From assembly GCA_050633305.1 (NCBI GenBank), contig JBOEGF010000010.1, forward strand, positions 448,001 to 512,000: a stretch of 64,000 nt of DNA, read 5' to 3'. Positions 1-9,481 of the stretch are shown here, one piece after another. Both the position numbers and the translations under genes were made by a program. The first letter of the stretch is position 1. Each line of letters opens with the position of its first letter. The notes beneath the pieces are model-generated. The model was not told the DNA's origin and ran no database searches. It saw only the letters and a program-made list of their open reading frames with translations. The DNA is from Nannocystales bacterium. GTDB taxonomy: Bacteria; Myxococcota_A; Polyangia; Nannocystales; Nannocystaceae.

Positions 1-493
1 CCCGGTCTCCGGCACGGAGGTCTGCCCGCCGTCTCTGGTCCGCACGATTCCCCAGCCAAGCCTGACCGAAGTCGTCCTGTGCGGCGGCGCGCTGTCGCAG
101 GACACGTGCGAGTCGGACGAGTTGTGCGCGGGCTCCATCCCGGAAGGGTTCGGGGAGGCGTTGTGCGTGGCGCAGGAGGGAGAACACGAGTGCCCCGAGG
201 GTTATCCCAACGCTCGTGCGGTGTTCGGAGACGTCGCGGACACCCGTGACTGCACCGAGTGCTCTTGTTCATCCGGTGACAACTTCGAGTGCTCGACCGA
301 ACTCGAGTTGTTCTCGGAGGTCGACTGCCGCGGAACGCAGACGGACGGGGCGTCGGGGCCCGCGAGCTGCTTCGACACGCCAGCATCGATCCGGTTCTCC
401 GAGCCGTCGGTGACTGGAGACTGCACGCCGTCCTCGGTCGAGGCGACCGGGACCGTGGTTGGGGACGAGCCGATCACGATCTGCTGCCAGTAG
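1..493 (+). CDS. Cys-rich secreted or lipoprotein, C-terminal part (5' truncated by the window)
   Basis: Frame is open from base 2 (PVSGTEVCPP...) to TAG at 491-493. Many Cys, ends PITICCQ, typical of myxobacterial Cys-rich surface proteins. Confidence 0.7.
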   Translation, partial: PVSGTEVCPPSLVRTIPQPSLTEVVLCGGALSQDTCESDELCAGSIPEGFGEALCVAQEGEHECPEGYPNARAVFGDVADTRDCTECSCSSGDNFECSTELELFSEVDCRGTQTDGASGPASCFDTPASIRFSEPSVTGDCTPSSVEATGTVVGDEPITICCQ

Positions 494-495
494 AC

Positions 496-528
496 CAAGT
501 CGGGCAACGTGTTGCTCAAGTCGGGCAA
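496..528. promoter_or_regulatory. 12-bp direct repeat CAAGTCGGGCAA x2 (21-bp period), candidate operator
   Basis: Exact copies at 496-507 and 517-528, in the intergenic gap upstream of the 585 ORF. Confidence 0.45.
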
Positions 529-584
529 TGCGTGCGCAGTGAGAAGACCGAGGCCGTTCAGATCCCAGTGGGGAGTTCGGTGGC

Positions 585-1208
585 ATGCCGCTTGCTCTGC
601 TCCGCAGCATGGGCACGTTTCAGTGGTTCGGCGATATCTACCCGTTCCCGCCAGGGTTCGAGGGCCTGTCGGTCGAGCACTGGTACATGCGACTTGCGCG
701 AATCCAAGAGCGTCTCACGGAGGTTGACCGTCTCGACATCCCTGAGATGTTGGATGCGAATGGGGACGAACTGCACCCCGCCGAGGTGTTGATCATCCGC
801 GAATTCGGCTTCCTGTCGTGGGGGCAACTGGAGGCGTTTGTGGATTGGTCCCACTACAGCTGGGCGCACCACTTGGGTGAAGACCGGGGTCACTTGAGGG
901 CCCGAATGACCGCGATGTGCCAAGAGACGCTCGCGCGGGAGAGGGGCGCCGCCGTCTCATCAGGCTCGGCTGTCGTTGAGGATTCGGCGCCCTTCGAAGC
1001 GTTCGTGCAAGTGCAGGAGGCGGTGAACGCCGCCCAACTGCGGGGTGCGGACGGGGCCCGTGTACTCGCGGAGTTCGGATTGACGCTCACCGACTTCGGG
1101 AACCTCGGTGCATACTGGAACAACAAGATGCAGGCAGAGACGACGACGTACCACCAGCTCTACTCCGTGTACTCGACGAAGTACCGCGCCATGTACGGAG
1201 GTGCCTGA
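585..1208 (+). CDS. Hypothetical protein (C-terminus possibly DUF6620-like); start may be ATG 609
   Basis: 207-aa ORF with protein-like composition, abutting the next ORF (TGA-ATG). Confidence 0.65.
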   Translation: MPLALLRSMGTFQWFGDIYPFPPGFEGLSVEHWYMRLARIQERLTEVDRLDIPEMLDANGDELHPAEVLIIREFGFLSWGQLEAFVDWSHYSWAHHLGEDRGHLRARMTAMCQETLARERGAAVSSGSAVVEDSAPFEAFVQVQEAVNAAQLRGADGARVLAEFGLTLTDFGNLGAYWNNKMQAETTTYHQLYSVYSTKYRAMYGGA

Positions 1209-1910
1209 ATGAGTGCTGCATGGACGGCACTGGTTGGGCGTTGGGACGCTACGCGTGAGGCGATTGTGGCGCGCTTCGACGCTGTACTCTCCGAAGCGAC
1301 GGCGGTGAGCGAGCCGCTCGTCGCGGGGGTCACGACCGACGCCACCGCGCTTCAGAGAATGTGGCAGCCGGTCGAAGCGAAGATGCACGCGATGACCGGG
1401 GAAGTCTCGGATGCGTGGGATGAGATCAGCGACGAAATATCCGACGTCGACGGGGCTCCCGGCAATGGTGTGTATGCCGAGGGCATCAAGCGGGATGCGA
1501 CCAACACCGAGATCGAGATTCGGCATGGTCGGGCCCGGGCTGCGCTCTTTGCCAAAGTTGCGGTGGCGATGCACCGCCACGCCGGGACGAGCGGAGACCC
1601 GGCGGCGGTGAAGATGTTCGCGCATGGTGGTGCCGTGTTCCTTGCGGAACAGGCGGCGATCGAACATTGGGCGGGGATGAAAACCGCGGAGACGAAGATC
1701 CACGCCTACCGCAACAAGAAGGCCGTACCGATGCAGTTGCTGACGTACTACGCGCAGGTCTCCTCCAGCTACTGGCGGGTCCGCCATGGAACAGAGGCCA
1801 AGTACAACCAGGCCCTGCGGGCATCGCTGGAGACCAAGATCGAGAACTTCACCCAGGAGTCGCACAAGCTGCTGCACGAGCACCCTCAGTGGCGAGCGGC
1901 TCAGTCGTAG
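1209..1910 (+). CDS. Hypothetical helical protein
   Basis: 233-aa ORF starting directly after the previous stop, with GC-rich third positions. Confidence 0.7.
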   Translation: MSAAWTALVGRWDATREAIVARFDAVLSEATAVSEPLVAGVTTDATALQRMWQPVEAKMHAMTGEVSDAWDEISDEISDVDGAPGNGVYAEGIKRDATNTEIEIRHGRARAALFAKVAVAMHRHAGTSGDPAAVKMFAHGGAVFLAEQAAIEHWAGMKTAETKIHAYRNKKAVPMQLLTYYAQVSSSYWRVRHGTEAKYNQALRASLETKIENFTQESHKLLHEHPQWRAAQS

Positions 1911-1972
1911 CCGCGAGAACCCTGCGCGATCTGGACCGGCGAGGCGGAACGAGGGCTGCTACGGTACGCGGC

Positions 1973-2971
1973 GTGTCGGCCGTTGCCGGGGTTGTTGTGG
2001 CCATGCTTGCCTCGTCACCGCAGGTGTCTCAGCAGGGGCATTGCGAAGACTCGAGCGTGGAGGAAGGGCTCGTTGGTCTGCTCGAGGCAAGCTCCGTCGA
2101 CGGAGCGGGCTGGAGTGTGAAGGTCGATGTTGAGGAGGCGGACGGACCCGTGTTTGTCGCCAAAATCGAGATCGAGGATCCGGAAGGAGGCCTGGCTGTC
2201 CGTAGCGTATCGAGCCCGAGCTGTGTGGTGACGATCGATGCGGTGGCGTTCATCGTCGCAACGGCGCTCGCTGAAGAAAGGCTCCCCGAAGAGTCTCCAC
2301 CGCCCCTCGAACCCGAACCTGAGTCCGAACCCGAGCTCGCGCTCGAGCCTGAACCTGAGCCCATGGTCCCGGAGCCCGTCTCGGATCCGAGCCCGGAGGA
2401 GGCCCGCGGCGAGATGCCGATGCCAGCACCGGTGGTAATACCGCCCCGCGAACCCGCGTCTGTTTCAGGTCGGGTCTTCGCTGGGGCTGGGATCATGCGT
2501 GGGGCGTTGCCTGGTGTCGTCGGTGAGTTCCGACTCGGTGGGGCGGTCGAGGGGGAGCTTTGGAGAGCGGAGCTTGGGCTGGCAGCGACGTCTCGGCATG
2601 ATGCTCGAGCCGCCGAAAACGACTCCGTGGGTGCGGACCTGGGTCACTGGGCGGTCGATGGCCGCGGGTGTGGAGTCTTCCGTCCTGCCGGTACGTTGTC
2701 CGTGCCGCTGTGCGCCGGAGCGGAGGTCGGTCAGCTCTACGCAAGTGGGTTTGGGTTCTCGGGCGCTCGAACGATCACGTTGCCCTGGGGCGCTGCGATT
2801 GCGTCACTGGGACTCGGGTTCGACATCACGCCTCGATTGCGTCTCGCCGCGCAAGCAACGGCCGGCTTGGTGCTGAATCGCGCCGAAATCATCGTCGACA
2901 ACCTGGGAACTCTCCACGTCTTGTCCACCGCGTTTGGCCGAGGCTGGCTTGGGCTAGAAGTGCGCATCTGA
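1973..2971 (+). CDS. Exported protein with Pro/Glu linker and beta-barrel-like C-terminus, upstream of ECF sigma
   Basis: Part of ORF 1667..2971; GTG 1973 follows TGCTACGGT. Hydrophobic N-terminus, EPEP linker, amphipathic strands ending LGLEVRI. Confidence 0.65.
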   Translation: MSAVAGVVVAMLASSPQVSQQGHCEDSSVEEGLVGLLEASSVDGAGWSVKVDVEEADGPVFVAKIEIEDPEGGLAVRSVSSPSCVVTIDAVAFIVATALAEERLPEESPPPLEPEPESEPELALEPEPEPMVPEPVSDPSPEEARGEMPMPAPVVIPPREPASVSGRVFAGAGIMRGALPGVVGEFRLGGAVEGELWRAELGLAATSRHDARAAENDSVGADLGHWAVDGRGCGVFRPAGTLSVPLCAGAEVGQLYASGFGFSGARTITLPWGAAIASLGLGFDITPRLRLAAQATAGLVLNRAEIIVDNLGTLHVLSTAFGRGWLGLEVRI

Positions 2972-3066
2972 CGCTGGTGGGAAGAGCTCGCCGCCCGGGT
3001 TTTTGGGGGAGGTGACGGATCCCCGGGACGGCGGGAAATGCCAAGGTCGACGCTCCGAGTTCCAGA

Positions 3067-3618
3067 ATGCGCGATTCCTCGCCCAGGCCACTGCATGTGG
3101 TCGATTCGCGGCCACCTTCCTTTACGGAGGTGTACCGCGAGCATGCCGCGTTCGTTCGCCGGTCGCTGCGCCATATGGAGGTGCAGGCGGCCGGCCTCGA
3201 CGATGTGTTGCACGATGTTTTCCTCGTCGTTCATCGTCGGCTGGGGGACTACGACGGCCGCAGTTCGATGCGCTCGTGGTTGTATGGAGTGGCGCGGCGG
3301 GTGGCACTTCACCATCGCCGCCGCGGGTTCCGTCGAGTCCGACGGGAGCATCACGCTCCTGTCCCGGTTGGGCATGCCCAGCCCGACGATGTACTGGCGC
3401 GCCAGGAAGCCGCGCAGTGGGTCGAGGCGTTTGTCGCAACGCTACCCGTCGACCAACGGGCGGTATTCGTTTTGTCGGAGGTCGAAGGGTTGCCAGCCCC
3501 GGAGGTCGCTGCGGCGACCGGGGCGAAACTCAACACGGTCTACTCTCGGCTACGGCTTGCTCGCCGCCGGTTCGAGCGAGCGGTGGCTCAGCGGGCGGAA
3601 GGGGGAGCATTGCGATGA
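3067..3618 (+). CDS. ECF RNA polymerase sigma factor
   Basis: Region 2 motifs DDVLHDVFLVVHRRLGDYDGRSSMRSWLYGVARR and region 4 LNTVYSRLRLARRRF. Confidence 0.92.
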   Translation: MRDSSPRPLHVVDSRPPSFTEVYREHAAFVRRSLRHMEVQAAGLDDVLHDVFLVVHRRLGDYDGRSSMRSWLYGVARRVALHHRRRGFRRVRREHHAPVPVGHAQPDDVLARQEAAQWVEAFVATLPVDQRAVFVLSEVEGLPAPEVAAATGAKLNTVYSRLRLARRRFERAVAQRAEGGALR

Positions 3619-4364
3619 AAAAGCTGAGTTCTGAAGCTCGCGACCTGTTGGAGCAGTATCGCGAAGAGTCCGACGTCTGTGACCAGCCCGACGCGGCGGT
3701 GCTGGAGCGGATCGAGGCTTCGATCGAACATGGCGCAGCGGCTCCTGCAAACGCGCGTCCCCGAGCCGCTGCCTGGGTGGCATGGGGAGCCGTCGCCGCA
3801 GCATCGGTGGCGACGCTTTGGATCTGGGATGGACGGGCAGAGCTTCAGGTCGCAGCCCCGAGCCCGGTCTCCACGGCGGTCGACCGCCTCCTCGAACAGG
3901 CGGAGCAGAGCCCCCGGAGGGTGCTTGCGCCGCAACCGGGGTCCCCCGCTACTCCATCTGCCGTGCTGCCTCCAGCGATTGACTCCAACTCGCCGTCGGT
4001 TCCCGCTCCCCAACCTCGCGGCAGGAGAGCGGTCGATGAGCCCGAGGCACCAGCCAAGGACGACGAGCTCCAGCGTGAGCTCGACCTGCTACGCCAGGCC
4101 CGAGAAGCCCTACGCAAGGGTCGAACGGCGGGCGCGAAGGCATCGCTGCGTGCCCACGCGTTGTCGTACCCTCAAGGGCAGCTGGCCGAGGAGCGAGAAG
4201 CTCTTCTTGTGGTGGTGCGCTGTGCCGGGCGCGAGGCAGAGACAGGCCGGGCCGAGTTTGAACGTTCGCACCCTCGATCACATCACTTACCGTCCATTCG
4301 CCTCGCGTGCGAATCGGAGAAAACGCCCGGCGCAGTGACGGACGAGGGCGGCGGTGGGCAATGA
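3615..4364 (+). CDS. Putative membrane anti-sigma factor with C-terminal TPR-like helices
   Basis: ATGA overlap with the sigma gene. One TM (AAAWVAWGAVAAASVATLWIW), Pro-rich linker, ELDLLRQAREAL...YPQGQLAEEREAL. Confidence 0.75.
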   Translation: MKKLSSEARDLLEQYREESDVCDQPDAAVLERIEASIEHGAAAPANARPRAAAWVAWGAVAAASVATLWIWDGRAELQVAAPSPVSTAVDRLLEQAEQSPRRVLAPQPGSPATPSAVLPPAIDSNSPSVPAPQPRGRRAVDEPEAPAKDDELQRELDLLRQAREALRKGRTAGAKASLRAHALSYPQGQLAEEREALLVVVRCAGREAETGRAEFERSHPRSHHLPSIRLACESEKTPGAVTDEGGGGQ

Positions 4365-5308
4365 ACGGCATGATTATCGAAACACAGCGACGCTTGGGTG
4401 TTTGCGCGGCACTTCTCCTGTGCGCTGCGAGCTGCGACAAGGGCTCCGTCGGGGAGTTCGGCGAGACCGAGGGCGAGGCCGGGAGCGATAGCCAGGGGAC
4501 GACGGCCGGGGTGTCCGAGGGGGCTTCGGCGGGCTCGATGTCGGACGGCATGACGACGATCGAAGCGAGCACGACAACCCCGACCGAATCGACGGGCGAG
4601 GGGTCCTCGGACTCGGGCATCCGGCTCGACATCGGCGAAGAGGGCTTCTGCGAGAATCCGCAGCACGGCTGTCAGGGACCCGCCGACTGCGGTGACAATT
4701 GCGGCGCGTTGGACTCCATGTTCGACGAAAACGGCTGCGTCCGTGTTGCGTGCGGGGCAAACGATCCATGTAGCGACGGTGAGTTTTGCTACCGGCCAAG
4801 CGACTACGGCGGGTGTCAGAGCTCGGACCTCAGTTGCACCGAGTTTGACGGGGCGTGCAGTTGCGGACTCGATCCCGACTGCGGCGGGGCGTACTGCGTC
4901 CCGGAGTCGGCCGTCTTTGGTGGAATCGTCGAGGGCCCGACGGTAGGCCTGGTGTCGAGCGACTGCGGCCCCGATGATGGACCGGCGTTCTCGATCTCCG
5001 TGGGGCCATACATCTCCGACGCGTGCGGTGGCGCCTTCGATCCGGGGCCACTCCTGACGATCTTCGTCGCCCAGGAGTTCGGGACGCTCGGGACCACGAC
5101 CAGCGGAGATGGGCTGCTAGCGTCCGCCCGGTTCTCCACCGATGGAACCCCAGAGAACACGCAGGACGCCCAATGGGTCGTTCTACACCTGACCGAGTGG
5201 GAGGGGACGGTCTCTGGAGACTACGAAGTGTTGTTGGAGGATGAGACCCTGGTCGTTGGGACGTTTCTGTCCGTGGTCTCCTGTCCTACGGACATCGTTT
5301 GCGGTTGA
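4361..5308 (+). CDS. Cys-rich lipoprotein
   Basis: ATGA overlap. Lipobox-like LLLCAASC, S/T/G/E linker, Cys-rich domain. Confidence 0.8.
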   Translation: MNGMIIETQRRLGVCAALLLCAASCDKGSVGEFGETEGEAGSDSQGTTAGVSEGASAGSMSDGMTTIEASTTTPTESTGEGSSDSGIRLDIGEEGFCENPQHGCQGPADCGDNCGALDSMFDENGCVRVACGANDPCSDGEFCYRPSDYGGCQSSDLSCTEFDGACSCGLDPDCGGAYCVPESAVFGGIVEGPTVGLVSSDCGPDDGPAFSISVGPYISDACGGAFDPGPLLTIFVAQEFGTLGTTTSGDGLLASARFSTDGTPENTQDAQWVVLHLTEWEGTVSGDYEVLLEDETLVVGTFLSVVSCPTDIVCG

Positions 5309-5359
5309 CGTGGCGGGCCCCTGGCGCTCCTGCTCTCGTTGGGGCAGGCTTGGCGCGCC

Positions 5360-6697
5360 ATGGCGAAAAAGGTCAGCACCAAGCCCCCTAGCGGGATGCG
5401 CGACTTCTTGCCCTCGGACCTGGTGCGGCGCAACCACGTGGTCTCTGTGGTGCGTGGTGTCTACGAGCGGTACGGCTTCGTTCCCCTCGAGACGCCCTCG
5501 ATTGAGAATCTCGAGATCCTCACCGGCAAGTACGGTGAGGACGAGAAGCTCATCTACCGCCTTCTGCATCGTGGTGACTCGCTGAAGAAGGTGTTGGACT
5601 CCGACGAGGCGGTGACTTCGGCTCGGTTGAGCGACCAAGCGCTTCGCTACGACCTCACCGTTCCGCTGGCGCGGGTGGTCGCGCAGTACGGGGACCTGCC
5701 CAAGTACTTCAAGCGCTACCAGATCCAGCCCGTGTGGCGTGCGGATCGGCCAGGCAAGGGACGATTTCGCGAGTTCTACCAGTGCGACGTGGACATCACG
5801 GGCACGACATCCAACGTCGCAGAGTGTGAGGTCTTGGCCGCGGGGTGTGAGGTTCTCTCTACGCTGGGCTTCGAGGCGTTCGAATTCCACATCAACCACC
5901 GCGGACTCCTGCGGGCGCTGATCCGTACCGCGGGGATCGACATGTCCCAAGAAGGCACGGCCCTTCAGGCCGTCGACAAGCTCGACAAAATCGGCCGGGA
6001 TGGGGTCCTGGATGAACTCGATGCCCGAGGGGTCGGTCGTTCGGCCGGCGCGACGTTGCTGGATCTGATCGCAGACGATGTCACGATCGAGAGCCTGAAG
6101 TCGTCGATCTCCGACGACGAGGGACACAAGGCGCTGGCCGAGCTGGAGGAGTTGCTCGCCCTGCTCGAGCACACCCCGGCTGCCGGCAAGGCTCGCTTCT
6201 CCCCGCAGCTCGCTCGGGGACTGGGCTACTACACCGGTCCGATCTTCGAGGCTCGTGTGACCGACCTGGGAAGCTCGATCGCTGGGGGAGGCCGCTACGA
6301 CGAACTCGTCGGCATGTTCGGCAAGCAGACCGTGCCGGCTGTCGGTTTGTCGCTGGGCCTCGAGCGCATCCTGGTCGTGATGGCGGAACGCGGCATGTTC
6401 CCGGAGCTCGCACAGGGGCCCGACGTCATGGTGTGCTGGAGGGACGTGGAGCGGGCTGCGGTCCTGAAGGTTGCGCACGCACTGCGGGGGCAAGGGCTCC
6501 GCGTCGAGGTCTTCCCTGAGCCGACGAAGCTGGGCAAGCAGATCCAGTACGCCGATGCGCCGGGTGTTGGCGCCCAATGGGTGGCGGTGTTGGGCGAGCG
6601 GGAAATCGCGGGCGGCACCGTCTCGTTGAAGCACCTGGAGAGCGGAGCGAAGTCCGACGTCCCGGTTGCTGATGCAGCAGCGGTCGTACGCGGCTGA
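5360..6697 (+). CDS. hisS: Histidine--tRNA ligase
   Basis: GMRDFLP, LRYDLTVPLAR, GRFREFYQCDVD, LARGLGYYTGPIFE, GGGRYD and anticodon-binding domain. Confidence 0.97.
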   Translation: MAKKVSTKPPSGMRDFLPSDLVRRNHVVSVVRGVYERYGFVPLETPSIENLEILTGKYGEDEKLIYRLLHRGDSLKKVLDSDEAVTSARLSDQALRYDLTVPLARVVAQYGDLPKYFKRYQIQPVWRADRPGKGRFREFYQCDVDITGTTSNVAECEVLAAGCEVLSTLGFEAFEFHINHRGLLRALIRTAGIDMSQEGTALQAVDKLDKIGRDGVLDELDARGVGRSAGATLLDLIADDVTIESLKSSISDDEGHKALAELEELLALLEHTPAAGKARFSPQLARGLGYYTGPIFEARVTDLGSSIAGGGRYDELVGMFGKQTVPAVGLSLGLERILVVMAERGMFPELAQGPDVMVCWRDVERAAVLKVAHALRGQGLRVEVFPEPTKLGKQIQYADAPGVGAQWVAVLGEREIAGGTVSLKHLESGAKSDVPVADAAAVVRG

Positions 6698-6779
6698 GTC
6701 GAACGCGCGGCCCCCGGCGTGTCACGTGCGTCATGTGCGTCACAGCGTCAAGCCCGCGTCCGTGGTACGCCAAGCCTCG

Positions 6780-8189
6780 GTGACAGACACGAGCCTCGCA
6801 GGACGCATTCTCGTTGTCGATGACGAGCGCAACATTCGGCGCACGCTTCGCATGGTGCTTGAAGGCGAGGGCGCGACCGTCCTCGAAGCGGCCACTGGGG
6901 AGGAGGCCTTGGCTGCGCTCGAGGGCGCGGAGCCGATCGAAGTCGTCATCACCGACGTGATGATGCCGGGAATCTCTGGTCTCGAACTCCTCGAGAAGCT
7001 CGCGGGCGCCGCTGGGGGCACGCCAGAGGTTCCGGTCATCCTGATCTCCGGGCATGCCACAGTCGACGATGCGGTCAAGGCAACGCGGCTGGGCGCCTTC
7101 GACTTCTTCGAGAAACCACTGGCTCGCGACCGCGTGATCGTCAGTGTCCGCAACGCGCTGCGGCAGTTCGCCAGCGATGCGCAAACCCGGAAACTGCGTG
7201 GGCGCATTCGGGGCGAGATCATCGGGGAATCCAAACCCGTCGCATCGATGCTGGCGCAGATCGCCAAGGTCGGAAGCACGAAGGCGCGGGTCCTGGTCAC
7301 TGGGGAGAGCGGAAGCGGCAAGGAACTCGTCGCTCGTGCGATTCACGAGGCGAGTGACCGACGTGACGCCGAGTTCGTGAAGGTCAACTGCGCGGCGATC
7401 CCCCGGGAGCTGATCGAGAGTGAACTCTTTGGCCACGAGCGCGGGGCGTTCACGGGCGCGACCGCGCAGAAGAAAGGCCTTTTTGAAGTCGCCAGCAGCG
7501 GCACGATCTTCCTCGACGAGATCGGCGACATGTCGCTGGGCGCCCAAGCCAAGGTGCTTCGCGTCCTGCAAAGTGGCGAACTCATGCGGGTGGGCGGCAA
7601 CAAGCTCATCGAGGTCGACGTGCGGGTGCTTGCGGCGACCCACCGGAACCTGCAGGAGCAAGTGCAGGCTGGGGAGTTTCGCGAGGACCTGTTCTTCCGT
7701 CTCAACGTCGTGCCGATCCGCGTTCCACCGCTGCGAGACCGCGTCGAGGACATCCCGCTGCTGGCTCTGCACTTCATCGATGTCGCCGCGGCCGACAACG
7801 GAGTCGCACCCAAGCGTCTGTCCCCTGAAGCCCTGGTCGCGCTCCGCGGTCACGACTGGCCGGGCAACATTCGGGAGCTTCGAAACGTCATCGAGCGGAT
7901 GGTCATCCTGTCGGACGGGGACATCGAGTTGGAGGACGTCCCCGATGAGGTCCGTGGTTCGTCGGAAGAGGCCGCACCGGACGAGGAATCGCTGGTGGAG
8001 CTCAACGCCGCCGCGGTCCCCGACGGCATGACGCTCCGGGAGTTCAGAGAGGCGGTTGAGCGCGCCTTCATCCGCAAGCGTCTGATCGAGCAGGACTGGA
8101 ACGTCTCTCGCACCGCGACCTCGCTGGGCGTCGAGCGCACCCATCTCCACAAAAAAATGAAACTGCTGGGGATCCAGCGCGGGAGCTGA
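6780..8189 (+). CDS. Sigma-54-dependent response regulator (REC-AAA-Fis HTH; NtrC/NtrX-like)
   Basis: ILVVDDE, TDVMMP, GESGSGKE, ESELFGHERGAFTGA, WPGNIREL and C-terminal HTH. Start taken at GTG 6780. Confidence 0.95.
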   Translation: MTDTSLAGRILVVDDERNIRRTLRMVLEGEGATVLEAATGEEALAALEGAEPIEVVITDVMMPGISGLELLEKLAGAAGGTPEVPVILISGHATVDDAVKATRLGAFDFFEKPLARDRVIVSVRNALRQFASDAQTRKLRGRIRGEIIGESKPVASMLAQIAKVGSTKARVLVTGESGSGKELVARAIHEASDRRDAEFVKVNCAAIPRELIESELFGHERGAFTGATAQKKGLFEVASSGTIFLDEIGDMSLGAQAKVLRVLQSGELMRVGGNKLIEVDVRVLAATHRNLQEQVQAGEFREDLFFRLNVVPIRVPPLRDRVEDIPLLALHFIDVAAADNGVAPKRLSPEALVALRGHDWPGNIRELRNVIERMVILSDGDIELEDVPDEVRGSSEEAAPDEESLVELNAAAVPDGMTLREFREAVERAFIRKRLIEQDWNVSRTATSLGVERTHLHKKMKLLGIQRGS

Positions 8190-8224
8190 ATCCCCAACAG
8201 TTTGGGAAAACCGATTCGGTCTTT

Positions 8225-8707
8225 TTAGCGGTTGCGCTCGGTCGCTTGCCGGACGACGAGATTACGACCCGAGAAGTCCTGCCCGTCGAGCTGCTTGATC
8301 GCCTGGTCGGCATCCTTGCGGTTGGCCATCGTGACGAAGCCGAAGCCGCGGGAGTCTCCCGTGTCGCGATCCTTGACGATGTGAACGTCGGTGACCGGCC
8401 CGTACTCTTCGAGCTTCTTCTGAAGCTCGGCGTCGTTGACTCGCCAGTCGAGACCACCGATGAAAAGTCGGCTAGGAATCGTTGCGCGGCGCTGATCTTG
8501 TCCGCCCTCTTCGTCGCCACCCTCGAGGTTCTTCATGACCTGATCGATGGTCATCATCCCTCCTTGGATTTCGTCGACGGTCGCCACGGGCACTGTGCTG
8601 GCGCCACCGCGGCTGCGCTCGCGCGCGCGCTCCATCTTTTCTTTCTTTTTCTTGGCGCGCTCTTTTTCGCGTTGTCGCTTGCCCGCGGAGTAGTTGCTTC
8701 TTGCCAT
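8225..8707 (-). CDS. RRM RNA-binding protein with basic N-terminal extension
   Basis: RNP2 LFIGGL and RNP1 RGFGFVTM; N-terminus KRQREKERAKKKKEK. Confidence 0.9.
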   Translation of the reverse strand: MARSNYSAGKRQREKERAKKKKEKMERARERSRGGASTVPVATVDEIQGGMMTIDQVMKNLEGGDEEGGQDQRRATIPSRLFIGGLDWRVNDAELQKKLEEYGPVTDVHIVKDRDTGDSRGFGFVTMANRKDADQAIKQLDGQDFSGRNLVVRQATERNR

Positions 8708-8958
8708 GCGTTTCCTGGAGACTTCTTGAGCGGTCGTTGGGCCGTTTCGAGGCCCCCGCGCTCCCCACGACGTAGCGCGCGGTCGTTCTCCTTGTCAATC
8801 GCACACGTAGCGGGCCCGGTGGAGACCTGTTTTGCTGGGGGATCGGAGGCCAAACCGGTGAAAGAACCCCGTTTTCAGCATTTCCCGCCGATGGCGAATT
8901 CGCGGGGTATCCTGTGTGCGGCGCTTGGCGCCGTGAGAGATAGGAAGAGAACGAGACG

Positions 8959-9408
8959 ATGTCGAACAAGTTGTTTGTCGGTGGCCTGAGCTGGGACACG
9001 AATGATGCGGGCCTACGAGACGCATTTACGGCTTTTGGAGAAGTCGTGGAGGCCAAGGTCATCAACGATCGAGAGACGGGACGCTCCCGAGGCTTCGGCT
9101 TCGTGACGTTTACGGACGCGACCGCAGCGAAAACCGCGGTCACAGAGATGGACGGGAAGAGCCTTGATGGCCGCGCCGTCCGTGTGAGCATTGCCGAAGA
9201 GCGCAAGCCCCGAGGTGGCGGTGGCGGACGCGGCGGCGGCGGTGGTGGACGTGGTGGCGGTGGCGGTGGCGGTGGCGGTGGCGGCTACCGTGAGGAACGC
9301 GGCGGTCGCGAGAGCCGCGACGGCGACCGAAGAGACCGAAACCAAGGACACCGCCGTGGTGGACGTGGCGGTGGAGATCGAGGCGGCGGCGGAAACTACA
9401 ACTGGTAG
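8959..9408 (+). CDS. Gly/Arg-rich RRM RNA-binding protein
   Basis: KLFVGGLSW, RGFGFVTF and an RGG-rich tail. Confidence 0.95.
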   Translation: MSNKLFVGGLSWDTNDAGLRDAFTAFGEVVEAKVINDRETGRSRGFGFVTFTDATAAKTAVTEMDGKSLDGRAVRVSIAEERKPRGGGGGRGGGGGGRGGGGGGGGGGGYREERGGRESRDGDRRDRNQGHRRGGRGGGDRGGGGNYNW

Positions 9409-9433
9409 TTCCGCTTCGCGCTTTGCGAAGACG

Positions 9434-9469
9434 GCGGCCGTTCCTTCCGCGAAGGGGCGGCCGCTTTTT
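9434..9469 (+). terminator. Intrinsic terminator
   Basis: GCGGCCGTTCCTT-ccgcg-AAGGGGCGGCCGC hairpin (with G-U pairs) followed by TTTTT, just after the RRM gene. Confidence 0.8.
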
Positions 9470-9481
9470 CTGTATCGCGGC

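Noticed and set aside
5183..8150. Long antisense ORFs (e.g. 5183..6634, 6426..8150; likewise 31735..33333 and 38763..40232)
   Set aside because: Shadow frames of well-supported genes in high-GC DNA, with no recognisable motifs.
8190..8226. Possible terminator between convergent genes
   Set aside because: Stems are short and imperfect, so support is too weak.
9214..9285. GGT/GGC microsatellite-like run
   Set aside because: Encodes the Gly-rich tail of the RRM protein.
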